A DNA stretch of 48,048 nucleotides from Candidatus Lindowbacteria bacterium RIFCSPLOWO2_12_FULL_62_27. Lineage in GTDB: Bacteria; Lindowbacteria; 2-12-FULL-62-27. Numbering within the stretch: the stretch's first letter is position 1; each line of letters starts with the position of its first letter. The position numbers and the translations under genes are program-made. The stretch is from assembly GCA_001784175.1 (NCBI GenBank), contig MFPR01000027.1:45167-93214 (forward strand), given 5' to 3'. Below the pieces are notes generated by a model that was given only the letters and a program-made list of their open reading frames with translations, did not search any database and was not told where the DNA came from. Of this stretch, positions 29,953 to 37,904 are shown piece after piece.

Positions 29953-31374
29953 ATGAATCCCGGCCGGAATGAAAGATGTCCCTGCGGCAGCGGGAAGAAA
30001 TACAAGAAATGCTGCATTGACAATCCGAAGGCGTCCTGGCGAAAGCCGGCGGCAGAGCCGGTTTCCACTCCTGTCAGAGCCGCAGACAGAGATGATGATG
30101 AATTTGAGGATGAGGAAGACGAAATGGAAACCGGTGAGGATGCGGAGTCGGATGACGAAATGGCAGGCGTTTCACGGGGGACCAAATCCAGGTTCGAGCG
30201 GATTCGATACCCGGAGCCGGACGCATCCCTTCCTAAAATATCTCCGGAGGATGAACGCATCGTCGACCAATGGTGGATCGATTTCAAGCCCGTATACAAA
30301 GGGAGTGACCGCGGTGAAATGACCAAACGCATCGCAGACTTTATGGACGCCCATCCCGGGTTGTTCGTCCATTTGCGATTGGACGATGAGGCTTTGTTTG
30401 AACTTGGGGCCATGTACGGCCGTAAGCAGGAATGGAACATATTTGTGGATTTATTAAATCGCATCAGGCAGGAACACCCTCGCGCATACCTTCGGGCGTT
30501 CGGATACTGCGATTCGTATATCATCGCGCATCTTTTAGCGAGCGGGAGGAACAATGAGATTCCCGAATATTTGAAAAATTTCAAGACCTATCCCGACACG
30601 GATCCGGATGATTTGCGGCGCGTGATCGACATGCTTGCCTTGGCCGATATGACGGAGGTTCTGGGAGACCTGATTGAGGCCGTGGCCATTCCTCTGTGCC
30701 AATCATCGAAAATCATCAACAGCGGATTTGCCTTCCGCTGGGTGATATTCAGGCGGATGATCCCCCGGCTTGATCGGAAATCCTATCCGGAGGATGACGC
30801 GCGGCTCATCGTCGATGAATTGAACGCCCTGCATCCTCCATTTGATTTCGATCCGGGAACATTTCGCCGAACACTTGCCTGCTACGCCGCGCCACCGGAT
30901 TTTCGTGACATCAAACTCATGCGGATGGAAAAACTATTCGAAATTTATATCCATGTCGTCTGCCATTTTTGCGCTTGGCTGCATGAGAAGAGGAGCATGG
31001 GGTGGATTCGCGCGCGATTTCTGGCGGATCGGCTTGAAGAGTACTTGTTGGACATTCCCTCCGGCAAGCGTCCGAAAACCCCGTTTCGTTTTTCAGATGA
31101 ACGGATGGAGCGCCACATCTCCACACACTACAAATGGATCGTCAGCATCCACGGCGTTCCCGCCATGGCATTTCTGCACGCCGTATTTCTGTTTTCAGAA
31201 TATCTTCTGGAGGCCGGGTATCACGACCGGGCGGAGTGTGGCCGGATCCAATCCGAGTGTTTGAATGTCTTGGATCGTTGTAAGAAGGTGTGCGATCCGA
31301 CAGATCCGGCGGCGCGTCTCTATACACATTTCCCGCATCTGGCGGCCGGCTCCCCGCCTGCCGGCGTCAGGTAA
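29953..31374 (+). CDS. SEC-C zinc-binding motif protein with acidic linker and helical domain
   Basis: MNPGRNERCPCGSGKKYKKCC; starts 1 bp after the helicase stop. Confidence 0.85.
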   Translation: MNPGRNERCPCGSGKKYKKCCIDNPKASWRKPAAEPVSTPVRAADRDDDEFEDEEDEMETGEDAESDDEMAGVSRGTKSRFERIRYPEPDASLPKISPEDERIVDQWWIDFKPVYKGSDRGEMTKRIADFMDAHPGLFVHLRLDDEALFELGAMYGRKQEWNIFVDLLNRIRQEHPRAYLRAFGYCDSYIIAHLLASGRNNEIPEYLKNFKTYPDTDPDDLRRVIDMLALADMTEVLGDLIEAVAIPLCQSSKIINSGFAFRWVIFRRMIPRLDRKSYPEDDARLIVDELNALHPPFDFDPGTFRRTLACYAAPPDFRDIKLMRMEKLFEIYIHVVCHFCAWLHEKRSMGWIRARFLADRLEEYLLDIPSGKRPKTPFRFSDERMERHISTHYKWIVSIHGVPAMAFLHAVFLFSEYLLEAGYHDRAECGRIQSECLNVLDRCKKVCDPTDPAARLYTHFPHLAAGSPPAGVR

Positions 31375-31391
31375 CGGTTCTGGAGTTACGA

Positions 31392-31709
31392 TCAGTTTTC
31401 TGACGGATCCATTTTCATCATGGATTGGAGGTCGAGGGGTTGCGGGAGGCGCCGCAGATCGACCTTTGTCAGAAAACGCGGAGGAATTCTCCAACTCCCC
31501 TCTTTAGTTTGGATGGTGGCCGTTTTCTGATTGACTCGCACGACCATTCCCTCCACGGTTCTGCCTTCGTTTTGAAAACTGACCCGATCCCCTATTTCAA
31601 ACTTTCTCAACGCATCCCCTGTTTTGATCTCGGATAAATACCGAATACGCCGGACAATGCGCCGATTCAGTTCGATCAATTGTTCGAGTGACAACTTTTC
31701 AATATCCAC
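31392..31709 (-). CDS. Small hypothetical protein (helix + SH3/KOW-like beta domain)
   Basis: DIEKLSLEQLIELNRRIVRRI...FEIGDRVSF...GMVVRVNQKTATI...WRIPPRFL; GTG start inferred. Confidence 0.7.
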   Translation of the reverse strand: MDIEKLSLEQLIELNRRIVRRIRYLSEIKTGDALRKFEIGDRVSFQNEGRTVEGMVVRVNQKTATIQTKEGSWRIPPRFLTKVDLRRLPQPLDLQSMMKMDPSEN

Positions 31710-31881
31710 GCAAGTCACACGCTCCTTTCTTTGCGAGAGTCGTTCGGAACCCAACCGCCGCCAACCTGTTCGACATCCCACTCAGTTTCTATTCTAAGCC
31801 TATTCTAAGCCGACCAGTCGATTTTGGGCACTTTTCGACAATTTTTGGAAATTTTGATTGTCATAAGTCGAAATAAATCAA

Positions 31882-31955
31882 TGGGCGCACGAGGACTCGA
31901 ACCTCGGACCTCCTGCGTGTGAAGCAGGCGCTCTAACCAGCTGAGCTATGCGCCC
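31882..31955 (-). tRNA. tRNA-Val (anticodon CAC), CCA not encoded
   Basis: Reverse complement GGGCGCATAGCTCAGCTGGTTAGAGCGCCTGCTTCACACGCAGGAGGTCCGAGGTTCGAGTCCTCGTGCGCCCA folds as a cloverleaf; anticodon arm CCTGC-TTCACAC-GCAGG; GTTCGA T-loop. Confidence 0.97.
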
Positions 31956-31991
31956 TCGGCAAAACGCTAAGTCCAAGATTCACAAGTACGC

Positions 31992-32019
31992 ATCATAGTT
32001 TTTGCGGGCGTAAATTCAA
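31992..32019 (-). promoter_or_regulatory. Putative sigma70-type promoter for tRNA-Val
   Basis: Minus strand TTGAAT-16 nt-TATGAT, ending 36 bp upstream of the tRNA. Confidence 0.6.
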
Positions 32020-32082
32020 GGGCGTGTCGAAGACCTCGCGCGGCCTTGCCTAAGCGTGGCCTAAGCCGGATTTTCATTTGGC

Positions 32083-33294
32083 CTAAGCCGCGCGCAGTGC
32101 ATGGAGCTTGGCGGGGATGTTCTGAATGTCCCGAGCGGTAGAGGGCTTCACGTAATATTTGTAGATCGTCGCGGGCGTGTTGCCCGAATGCGTGGCGACG
32201 TCTTTGACGTTCACACCGGCGTCAAGCATCTCGTTGATCATCGTGACGCGCGCCGCGTATGGCGCGGCGTATTCAACGCCGGCCTTTTTCAACACGGCGC
32301 GCCACGTGCGGCGCATTGTTGAGCGACTGAGGGGTTCGGACAGAAACGGACTTTCCACTGCATTTCCAACCTGATCGATGAAGTCTTGACCATTCATGTG
32401 AAAGCCGAGGCGGTTGGCATAATGTTCGATCAGTCCTTTGGCTTCGGCCGGAATGAACGACGGCGACGCCTCGCCGGATTTTCTGTGCGTGGGCGATTTG
32501 TGAACCTCGGGCCGAACCCACAAAAGGCCGGCGGACATGTCGAGATCGTCCCAGCGGATCTTGTTGAATACGGACGGCCGCAGGCCCAGCCAGACGTTCA
32601 TGCCCACCCATACGGCGCGCGGATCGCGCCAAGTCTTTACGACCTCGCAAATTTTTTGCCGTTCGGCCGGTGTCAGGAATTTCCGCATGGCCGGATTCTT
32701 GCGCTCCTGGGGAATCTTCCGGAGCTGTTTGGCCAAGACCTCGTTGCTTCGCGCGTCGATCACGGGATTGAACTTGTACAACCCTCGCGACATGGCCATG
32801 CCGTAGACGACATGCAGGAGCCGCAGACACATTTCTATCGTTCGCTCGCTCTTTCTCGTGCTCCGCATCCACTTGGCAAAATCCACGACCGATACGGCGT
32901 CCGAGAAATGTTTTCGATTGTGCTTGGCGAGATAGTCGATGCACATGCCAAAAAGTGAATAATCGCTGTGATTTGAATACAGGACGGAATATCGGACGCG
33001 GCCAGTCTGTGAGGCTGCTTTACGGACGTCGCCGTGCTTCACGAGTTCGTCAATCATTTTCCCGAACGTGGACACCGGCAGACGCCGGGACTCCAACTTG
33101 CCATCCGTTTCCATCAACTCGGACTTCAGCCGCACCCGCGCGTTCCGGGCCTGCGTAAGCGAGGTGAACCCGGAGCGCCAATATTGTTTGCCGCGCCACT
33201 GGGACACGCATGAAAATTTCGCCGGCGATCCCTTTCGGGCGGCTCTCAGATCAACGTAGACGCCCTCGTATTTCGTTTTCTCCCACTTGTTCAT
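32083..33294 (-). CDS. Tyrosine recombinase / phage-type integrase
   Basis: N-terminal arm-binding-like domain (GFTSLTQARNAR), KFLTPAE, GLRPS (catalytic R), IRWDDLD, PYAARVT (H-x-x-R variant), HSGNTP..IYKYY (catalytic Y); adjacent to a tRNA. Confidence 0.88.
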   Translation of the reverse strand: MNKWEKTKYEGVYVDLRAARKGSPAKFSCVSQWRGKQYWRSGFTSLTQARNARVRLKSELMETDGKLESRRLPVSTFGKMIDELVKHGDVRKAASQTGRVRYSVLYSNHSDYSLFGMCIDYLAKHNRKHFSDAVSVVDFAKWMRSTRKSERTIEMCLRLLHVVYGMAMSRGLYKFNPVIDARSNEVLAKQLRKIPQERKNPAMRKFLTPAERQKICEVVKTWRDPRAVWVGMNVWLGLRPSVFNKIRWDDLDMSAGLLWVRPEVHKSPTHRKSGEASPSFIPAEAKGLIEHYANRLGFHMNGQDFIDQVGNAVESPFLSEPLSRSTMRRTWRAVLKKAGVEYAAPYAARVTMINEMLDAGVNVKDVATHSGNTPATIYKYYVKPSTARDIQNIPAKLHALRAA

Positions 33295-33300
33295 GTGATG

Positions 33301-33750
33301 TCACCCCACGACATTTTCGGCCGCCCAACGCTCAAGATCCGCCGCACGGTATCGCTTTCGCTGATAAAGTCCAGTGCCTTTCACTTCACCCGTTACGGGG
33401 ACAAACGGAATTTTCCCCTGTGCTGAAAGTTTCCGAAATTGTGATTCTGTCAGTCCCAAATGATCAGCGGCAGATTTGGCGTCCAGCAGGCGGCCCCCTC
33501 CGTTGGACTCGTTGTCCGCCTTACCCGGCCCGCCACGCGCTGTCAAGGTATCGCTCTGACGCTGATACCATCCCTTATCCGACAGTGTCAGAACGATTCG
33601 GCGGTATTGTTCGTCGTTCAGCACATCCGGGCGGTCTTCCGCGAGAAGTTCGGCCAGATCGGCATTGAACAATAGCGCGTCGCGCGGAGCCATGACGCAG
33701 ACGCGGAAAAAATCTTCGATATGGCGGCGCGATTTCGTGCTGGCCGTCAT
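33301..33750 (-). CDS. Excisionase-like HTH_17 DNA-binding protein with N-terminal extension
   Basis: C-terminal LLDAKSAADHLGLTESQFRKLSAQGKIPFV...RYRAADLERWAAE; immediately upstream of the integrase. Confidence 0.7.
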   Translation of the reverse strand: MTASTKSRRHIEDFFRVCVMAPRDALLFNADLAELLAEDRPDVLNDEQYRRIVLTLSDKGWYQRQSDTLTARGGPGKADNESNGGGRLLDAKSAADHLGLTESQFRKLSAQGKIPFVPVTGEVKGTGLYQRKRYRAADLERWAAENVVG

Positions 33751-33992
33751 TCGAGTTTCATCTCCCCGGCGAAATAATATCGCTCGATCGAAAGGCAGTC
33801 TTTGTCACGGGTCAATGCGCTGAATCGGACCAAAGTTCTGCATCCATCCGGCTCGTGAACAACACAGCGGTCGGGTTGTTTGAGTCCGTCTCCCGTGCAA
33901 AAGTCGCGCTTGCACCGCGGGCATTCGACCAAAATATAACGCGGGGCCGGCGCCTCCGACTCATTCGCTGAAAACGATTTCCTTGACGCCAT
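33747..33992 (-). CDS. Small Cys-rich hypothetical protein
   Basis: VECPRC; 4-bp overlap with the next gene and 3-bp gap from rep, consistent with operon packing. Confidence 0.55.
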   Translation of the reverse strand: MASRKSFSANESEAPAPRYILVECPRCKRDFCTGDGLKQPDRCVVHEPDGCRTLVRFSALTRDKDCLSIERYYFAGEMKLE

Positions 33993-33995
33993 GGC

Positions 33996-34829
33996 CTACG
34001 AGTCCCGATATTGCCCTTCGTAGACTTTGACCGCGTTTTCGGTCCCGTCCTGCCCCTTTGTCAGAAGCCAGTCGAAGCTGGCCACGAATTTTCCGTGGCC
34101 CGGCGTATTGTTCAAACCGCGCAAAAATTTTGAATGGTGGATCTCGACACAGACCTGATCCCAGAATTCCCGCTCGGAAAACATCGCGAGATACTTCTTC
34201 GCCTTTATCTGGCGGGCCGGAGAAAGGGTTGTTACCTCCGGACATTCATCCGGAGTTTTTTGGTTGTATAGTTCAACCAGGGCTTCGGGTGTGCCCCAGC
34301 CATTGTCGGAAAGTTCTCCTGTCGGCTCGTCGGTCCCGCCGGCGGCGGGAACGGCAGGGGTAGATTCAGTTACAGCAGTTGAAGATGAAGGTGGAGTTGG
34401 AGATGAAAAGCCATCTTTTGCCATCTGTTTTTTATGGCTGACCTTTGGGTGACCCATAGGTGACCTATGGGTATGCCATCGCCTGTCCGCCCCTAACTTT
34501 CCGCCCAGTTGTCTGGCCTTCTGATGTTCTTGCTGCTTTCGCAATTCTCGCACCAGGCGCTTCTGGATGAGGATCCCGTCCTGTGCGGCGTCCCACGCTC
34601 GTAGGACGTTTTTCTTGCACGCCTCCCAGCGTTCCGGCCCAAGGCGGCTCAAAGCGGCCAGCATCGTGTCGTCGTTTGGAAGTGTTCCGATGTCCTCCTG
34701 TTTCCAGGCATGGCAAATCAGCCGCCAGTTGGCGCCCTGCTCCTCCAGCGACATCATCTCGACGTTTGGGTCGGACAGGTAGTTGTCGGGATAGAACTGA
34801 AATGCCGGAGGCCGCTCGCGCCGTTTCAT
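33996..34829 (-). CDS. Phage replication initiator-like protein (DUF1376/YdaU N-terminus)
   Basis: RPPAFQFYPDNYLSD..VEMMSLEEQGA.WRLICHAW; low-complexity linker; C-terminal FVASFDWLL...NAVKVYEGQY typical of phage replisome organisers. Confidence 0.8.
   Translation of the reverse strand: MKRRERPPAFQFYPDNYLSDPNVEMMSLEEQGANWRLICHAWKQEDIGTLPNDDTMLAALSRLGPERWEACKKNVLRAWDAAQDGILIQKRLVRELRKQQEHQKARQLGGKLGADRRWHTHRSPMGHPKVSHKKQMAKDGFSSPTPPSSSTAVTESTPAVPAAGGTDEPTGELSDNGWGTPEALVELYNQKTPDECPEVTTLSPARQIKAKKYLAMFSEREFWDQVCVEIHHSKFLRGLNNTPGHGKFVASFDWLLTKGQDGTENAVKVYEGQYRDS
34439..34471. repeat. Iteron-like 11-bp repeats inside the rep gene (candidate origin)
   Basis: TGACCTTTGGG TGACCCATAGG TGACCTATGGG, including the perfect inverted repeat CCCATAGG-TGA-CCTATGGG, next to a T-tract. 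Confidence 0.6.
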
Positions 34830-35065
34830 TGTTGTGGGGTCTCCGGTTGCGGCACGATCTCGAATACTTCGTCAAAGGCGGCAATCTTCAGCGCGGCCAT
34901 GATTTTCTTCCGAAGCTCCGGTGACGGATGGCGCGTGCCGTTCATGAGCTGGGACATGTAGCCGCTGCTCGCCCCGATCCGGCCGGCAAGCCCGTTCTGG
35001 GATTGGTTCTTCTTCGCCATGATCTCGCGAATGGCCTTGGCTTTTAACGCAACTTTCATTTTCAT
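34826..35065 (-). CDS. Cro-like XRE HTH regulator
   Basis: SQNGLAGRIGASSGYMSQLMNGTRHPSPELRKKIMAAL; AGGGGG RBS-like sequence upstream. Confidence 0.85.
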   Translation of the reverse strand: MKMKVALKAKAIREIMAKKNQSQNGLAGRIGASSGYMSQLMNGTRHPSPELRKKIMAALKIAAFDEVFEIVPQPETPQQ

Positions 35066-35102
35066 TCCCCCTTGCGATTTATCTTGCTTTTGTTATGTCT
35101 AT

Positions 35103-35205
35103 TGCTTGCTTAAACGATGCGAGACGATTAGTCAACACAATTGTTAAAATAGTGCTTGCAATAATATAGCGGTGCTGATAGGGTGCTTGCATGACCAAGC
35201 AAGCA
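35103..35205. promoter_or_regulatory. Divergent switch region with repeated TGCTTGC operator-like half-sites and a candidate leaderless promoter for the repressor
   Basis: TGCTTGC at 35103, 35153 and 35184; inverted partner GCAAGCA at 35199; TTGCAA(35156)-17 nt-TAGGGT(35179)-6 nt-ATG(35191). Confidence 0.55.
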
Positions 35206-35658
35206 AAACAGACGTCCGTTGGCGTCCCGGTTCGGACAGGGGCTTCGGCGGTGATCAAGGTCAGGTCAACAGACATGCTGACCTCGGAGGGAAAGAGCCG
35301 GCCATTCGGGGACTACATCAAGGAATTGCGTCAGCGGCGGAATATGTCGCTCCGGGACGTCGAACAGAAATGCAAAATATCGAACGCCTATTTGTCCCAA
35401 GTCGAGCGGAACAAAAGGGGAATTCCCACCGTCCCGGTTCTAAGGAAGCTGGCAAAGGTTTACGGCGTCCCACTTGAACACATTGCCATCATGGCGGGGG
35501 ACGAGTCCGATCGGCGCAAGAAACTGGCGCAAACGCCTCTCCCGCCGGATGCGCAATTCATCGTGGACGGCTACGACAGATTGCCACCGGAGAATAAACA
35601 TCTGCTGACCGAGTTTCTGAATTTCCTGCTCAAGCGGAGCCAAGGCAAAATCGTCTAA
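35191..35658 (+). CDS. CI-like XRE HTH repressor
   Basis: FGDYIKELRQRRNMSLRDVEQKCKISNAYLSQVERNKRGIPTVPVLRKLAKVYGV; divergent from the cro-like gene. Start is 35191 or 35275. Confidence 0.88.
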   Translation: MTKQAKQTSVGVPVRTGASAVIKVRSTDMLTSEGKSRPFGDYIKELRQRRNMSLRDVEQKCKISNAYLSQVERNKRGIPTVPVLRKLAKVYGVPLEHIAIMAGDESDRRKKLAQTPLPPDAQFIVDGYDRLPPENKHLLTEFLNFLLKRSQGKIV

Positions 35659-35993
35659 CGCGTCTCCGTGCCCGGCGATTCACCCCCCTGTTTGGGAAAA
35701 CAAGTGTCAAGGCTAATTCTTGGTAGGCCATCGCATTACAAAAATCGACTGCTGGATAAGATCGAATGGCCGACGCCACTGGAAACGGGGGTTAAGCTGT
35801 CTTTGGCGTCAGGGGGGACGTTTGTGGAAACGAGTGGTCAGGTCAAGCCGTTTGTTTTCAGCGGGTTAATCGTGATCCTCCGCACGGGGTGGGTTGCGGG
35901 GTGATTTTGCCGCGCGGACAGGAGGTCCGCGCCAAAAATACCACGGACGGTCCGACAGCGTGTTCGCCGCGCCGGACGTTTCTGCTTGGACGG

Positions 35994-36200
35994 TCAGACT
36001 GGCCCGCGTTCCCGGGAAGTCAGGGGCGGAACGGCAAGGCCGGAGTGCCGGAGCCGGCGACGCCACACGGATGTGGCGGCGCGTGTTCGGCGGAGGGACG
36101 GAGGCCGCCGACGTAGCTCCCCCCAAGAGCTGGGTCTCCTCCCCTCATTCGATGCTTCCTTTTTGGGGGCTGCCAAGGAGAGGAGGAGTTGAGGGGAGGA
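35994..36200. repeat. ~207 bp structured intergenic repeat, copy 2
   Basis: Direct repeat of 16784-16989. Confidence 0.95.
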
Positions 36201-36414
36201 GAACCTGCGGCGGGGGGAGCGGTCCGCCCCGCTCGTCGTCGGAGCGGCGGACGGGCGACGTGGCCGCTGATTTTTGCGGACACGGCGCGAGAGGACGCCG
36301 CGCTCTACGTCTCCTTGGTCATCTGCCCACAATTCGAGCGGGCCAGTCCTCAGCCCTATGCTCAGGCGCGGCGAATAGAATATGCTTGGTTTTTTATGTT
36401 GGAGACCATGTTAC

Positions 36415-37902
36415 TCAGTCAGAATTTTCACGTTGGATTTTCGTGCTCAACGCCAATTTTCGGCCAGCCTCGCAGAGCGCGCGGACGCGCTCCTTTTCAG
36501 CATGTCGGAGATGTGGATTGCCAGATTCAGCCGCGAGAAACTCGATGATGTCGAAATACGTGGCGACGATGGTCGGCAACCCGTGGAGTTCGATAAACGA
36601 GGATCCCGGGATAAAGTGCGCGACCTTGTTTCGGATTTCGTTTTTTAAAATATCGACAGCTTCTTTCTGATCTGCTGTGAGAGTCAGAGTTTGTGAAAAT
36701 ACGTATTGTTTCATCCACCCGTCCTCCTGACATCTTTTGAGCGCGGTATCAAAATTGATCAGCTTGAGCCGGCCCCCACCGTCCGTCTTTGTCACACGCA
36801 TATAGTCAGTACCCTTAATCGCGCAAACAGCAAATCCATATAACGAGCCATGTAACGAGATGCAAACCCATTTCCATGCCCACGGATTTTTCTCGACATC
36901 CATGAGGGAGCGAACAGCCATCTCCAAGTAATCGAGCGCGTTGGATTCCTCCGTGAGTTCCCAATAGGCAGTCTCGACCGTCTCCGAGACTTTGGGTTGA
37001 ATTTCAGGGCGCGAAAACTGAAACAGAATCTTATTTTTTGCTGCATCAAAGACGTAAATTTTTCCGAACGGCGAGGAAGCGATATTTTGCTCAACAAATG
37101 AAGAGAATGCCGGCAGCCAAATATCTTCGGGCAGGACAGGCTGGGATTCGTAAAATGCCAAAAGCTCGATAGGCGCGTCTGTTGTGTATTTCTTTTCGAA
37201 TTTTTTCTGAACCGCCTCCAATGCCGGTTCACCGAACGACCCGGTGGCATCCACACCGAAAAGCGGTCCTTGAAGGTGTTCATACCGAGAAACATTGAGC
37301 CAGTCCACGGTACCTAAGAGGGGGGAATGATTCTTGATGAGAAACAGAGGCGACCTCCGATATTGAGGAAACACGACACGGACATGGTCGTCCGCACGCG
37401 CGAACTCCGCATGTCTGTAAACTTTTTCGTAGTCCTCTCTATATTCTGCAAATCTGTTTGTTCCGGTTATGGATTCAGCAGAAGACAAAAGAAGGTCGAG
37501 GATGGCCGGCACCGCATCCGCCCGACGCCGATAGGCAGCCTCGTCCTGAAAAGAAACATATATCGAACAATGTTGATAACGAGATAAAAAAGATGCATGC
37601 CGATCGTCCGGCAAGCTCTTGAATGCGCCGACAAGCAACTCCCGCAGCCGTGTCGCGTCGCTATCCCGTCTGGCCATGCTCTCGTCGATGATCTCAACAA
37701 GCTCGAAGGCCATGTCCCCGCGCCCATCGGTTGAGCAGAGAATATCCGGTTCCGGTGACTGGCGTTTTTGGATGGAATTCGGAGATACGGCAAGTTTGGC
37801 CGCCACGACAAATTGATTGAATATCGTCAACTCATGGTTTCCCTGTGGGTCGCGACCCTCTTTCACGCCACCCGGCCTGCCTTCGGTGTGTGAATCATAC
37901 AA
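36415..37902 (-). CDS. Hypothetical two-domain protein: restriction-endonuclease-like N-domain + HEPN-like C-domain
   Basis: E...PEPDIL...AFELVE (PD-(D/E)XK-like) in the N half; helical C half with RNKVAH (RxxxxH). AT-richer than flanks; TTG start 2 bp from the upstream stop, alternative GTG at 37866. Confidence 0.65.
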   Translation of the reverse strand: MYDSHTEGRPGGVKEGRDPQGNHELTIFNQFVVAAKLAVSPNSIQKRQSPEPDILCSTDGRGDMAFELVEIIDESMARRDSDATRLRELLVGAFKSLPDDRHASFLSRYQHCSIYVSFQDEAAYRRRADAVPAILDLLLSSAESITGTNRFAEYREDYEKVYRHAEFARADDHVRVVFPQYRRSPLFLIKNHSPLLGTVDWLNVSRYEHLQGPLFGVDATGSFGEPALEAVQKKFEKKYTTDAPIELLAFYESQPVLPEDIWLPAFSSFVEQNIASSPFGKIYVFDAAKNKILFQFSRPEIQPKVSETVETAYWELTEESNALDYLEMAVRSLMDVEKNPWAWKWVCISLHGSLYGFAVCAIKGTDYMRVTKTDGGGRLKLINFDTALKRCQEDGWMKQYVFSQTLTLTADQKEAVDILKNEIRNKVAHFIPGSSFIELHGLPTIVATYFDIIEFLAAESGNPHLRHAEKERVRALCEAGRKLALSTKIQRENSD

Positions 37903-37904
37903 CG

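Larger units (their letters stand above)
31790..32089. repeat. Phased CTAAGC(C) direct repeats on both sides of the tRNA (candidate integrase arm-type sites)
   Basis: TATTCTAAGCC twice in tandem at 31790-31811; CTAAGC at 32050, 32061 and 32083 (11 and 22 bp spacing); all in the same orientation. Confidence 0.7.
32083..35658. mobile_element. Compact integrative/replicative module (int, xis-like, ORF, rep, cro | cI): phage satellite-like element or prophage remnant
   Basis: Gene content and divergent HTH switch; no terminase, capsid or tail genes seen in the window. Confidence 0.75.

Noticed and set aside
35866-36670. ORFs spanning the repeat copies (e.g. 35894-36670, 16476-17063)
   Set aside because: They translate a GC-rich structured non-coding repeat and show no protein-like features.
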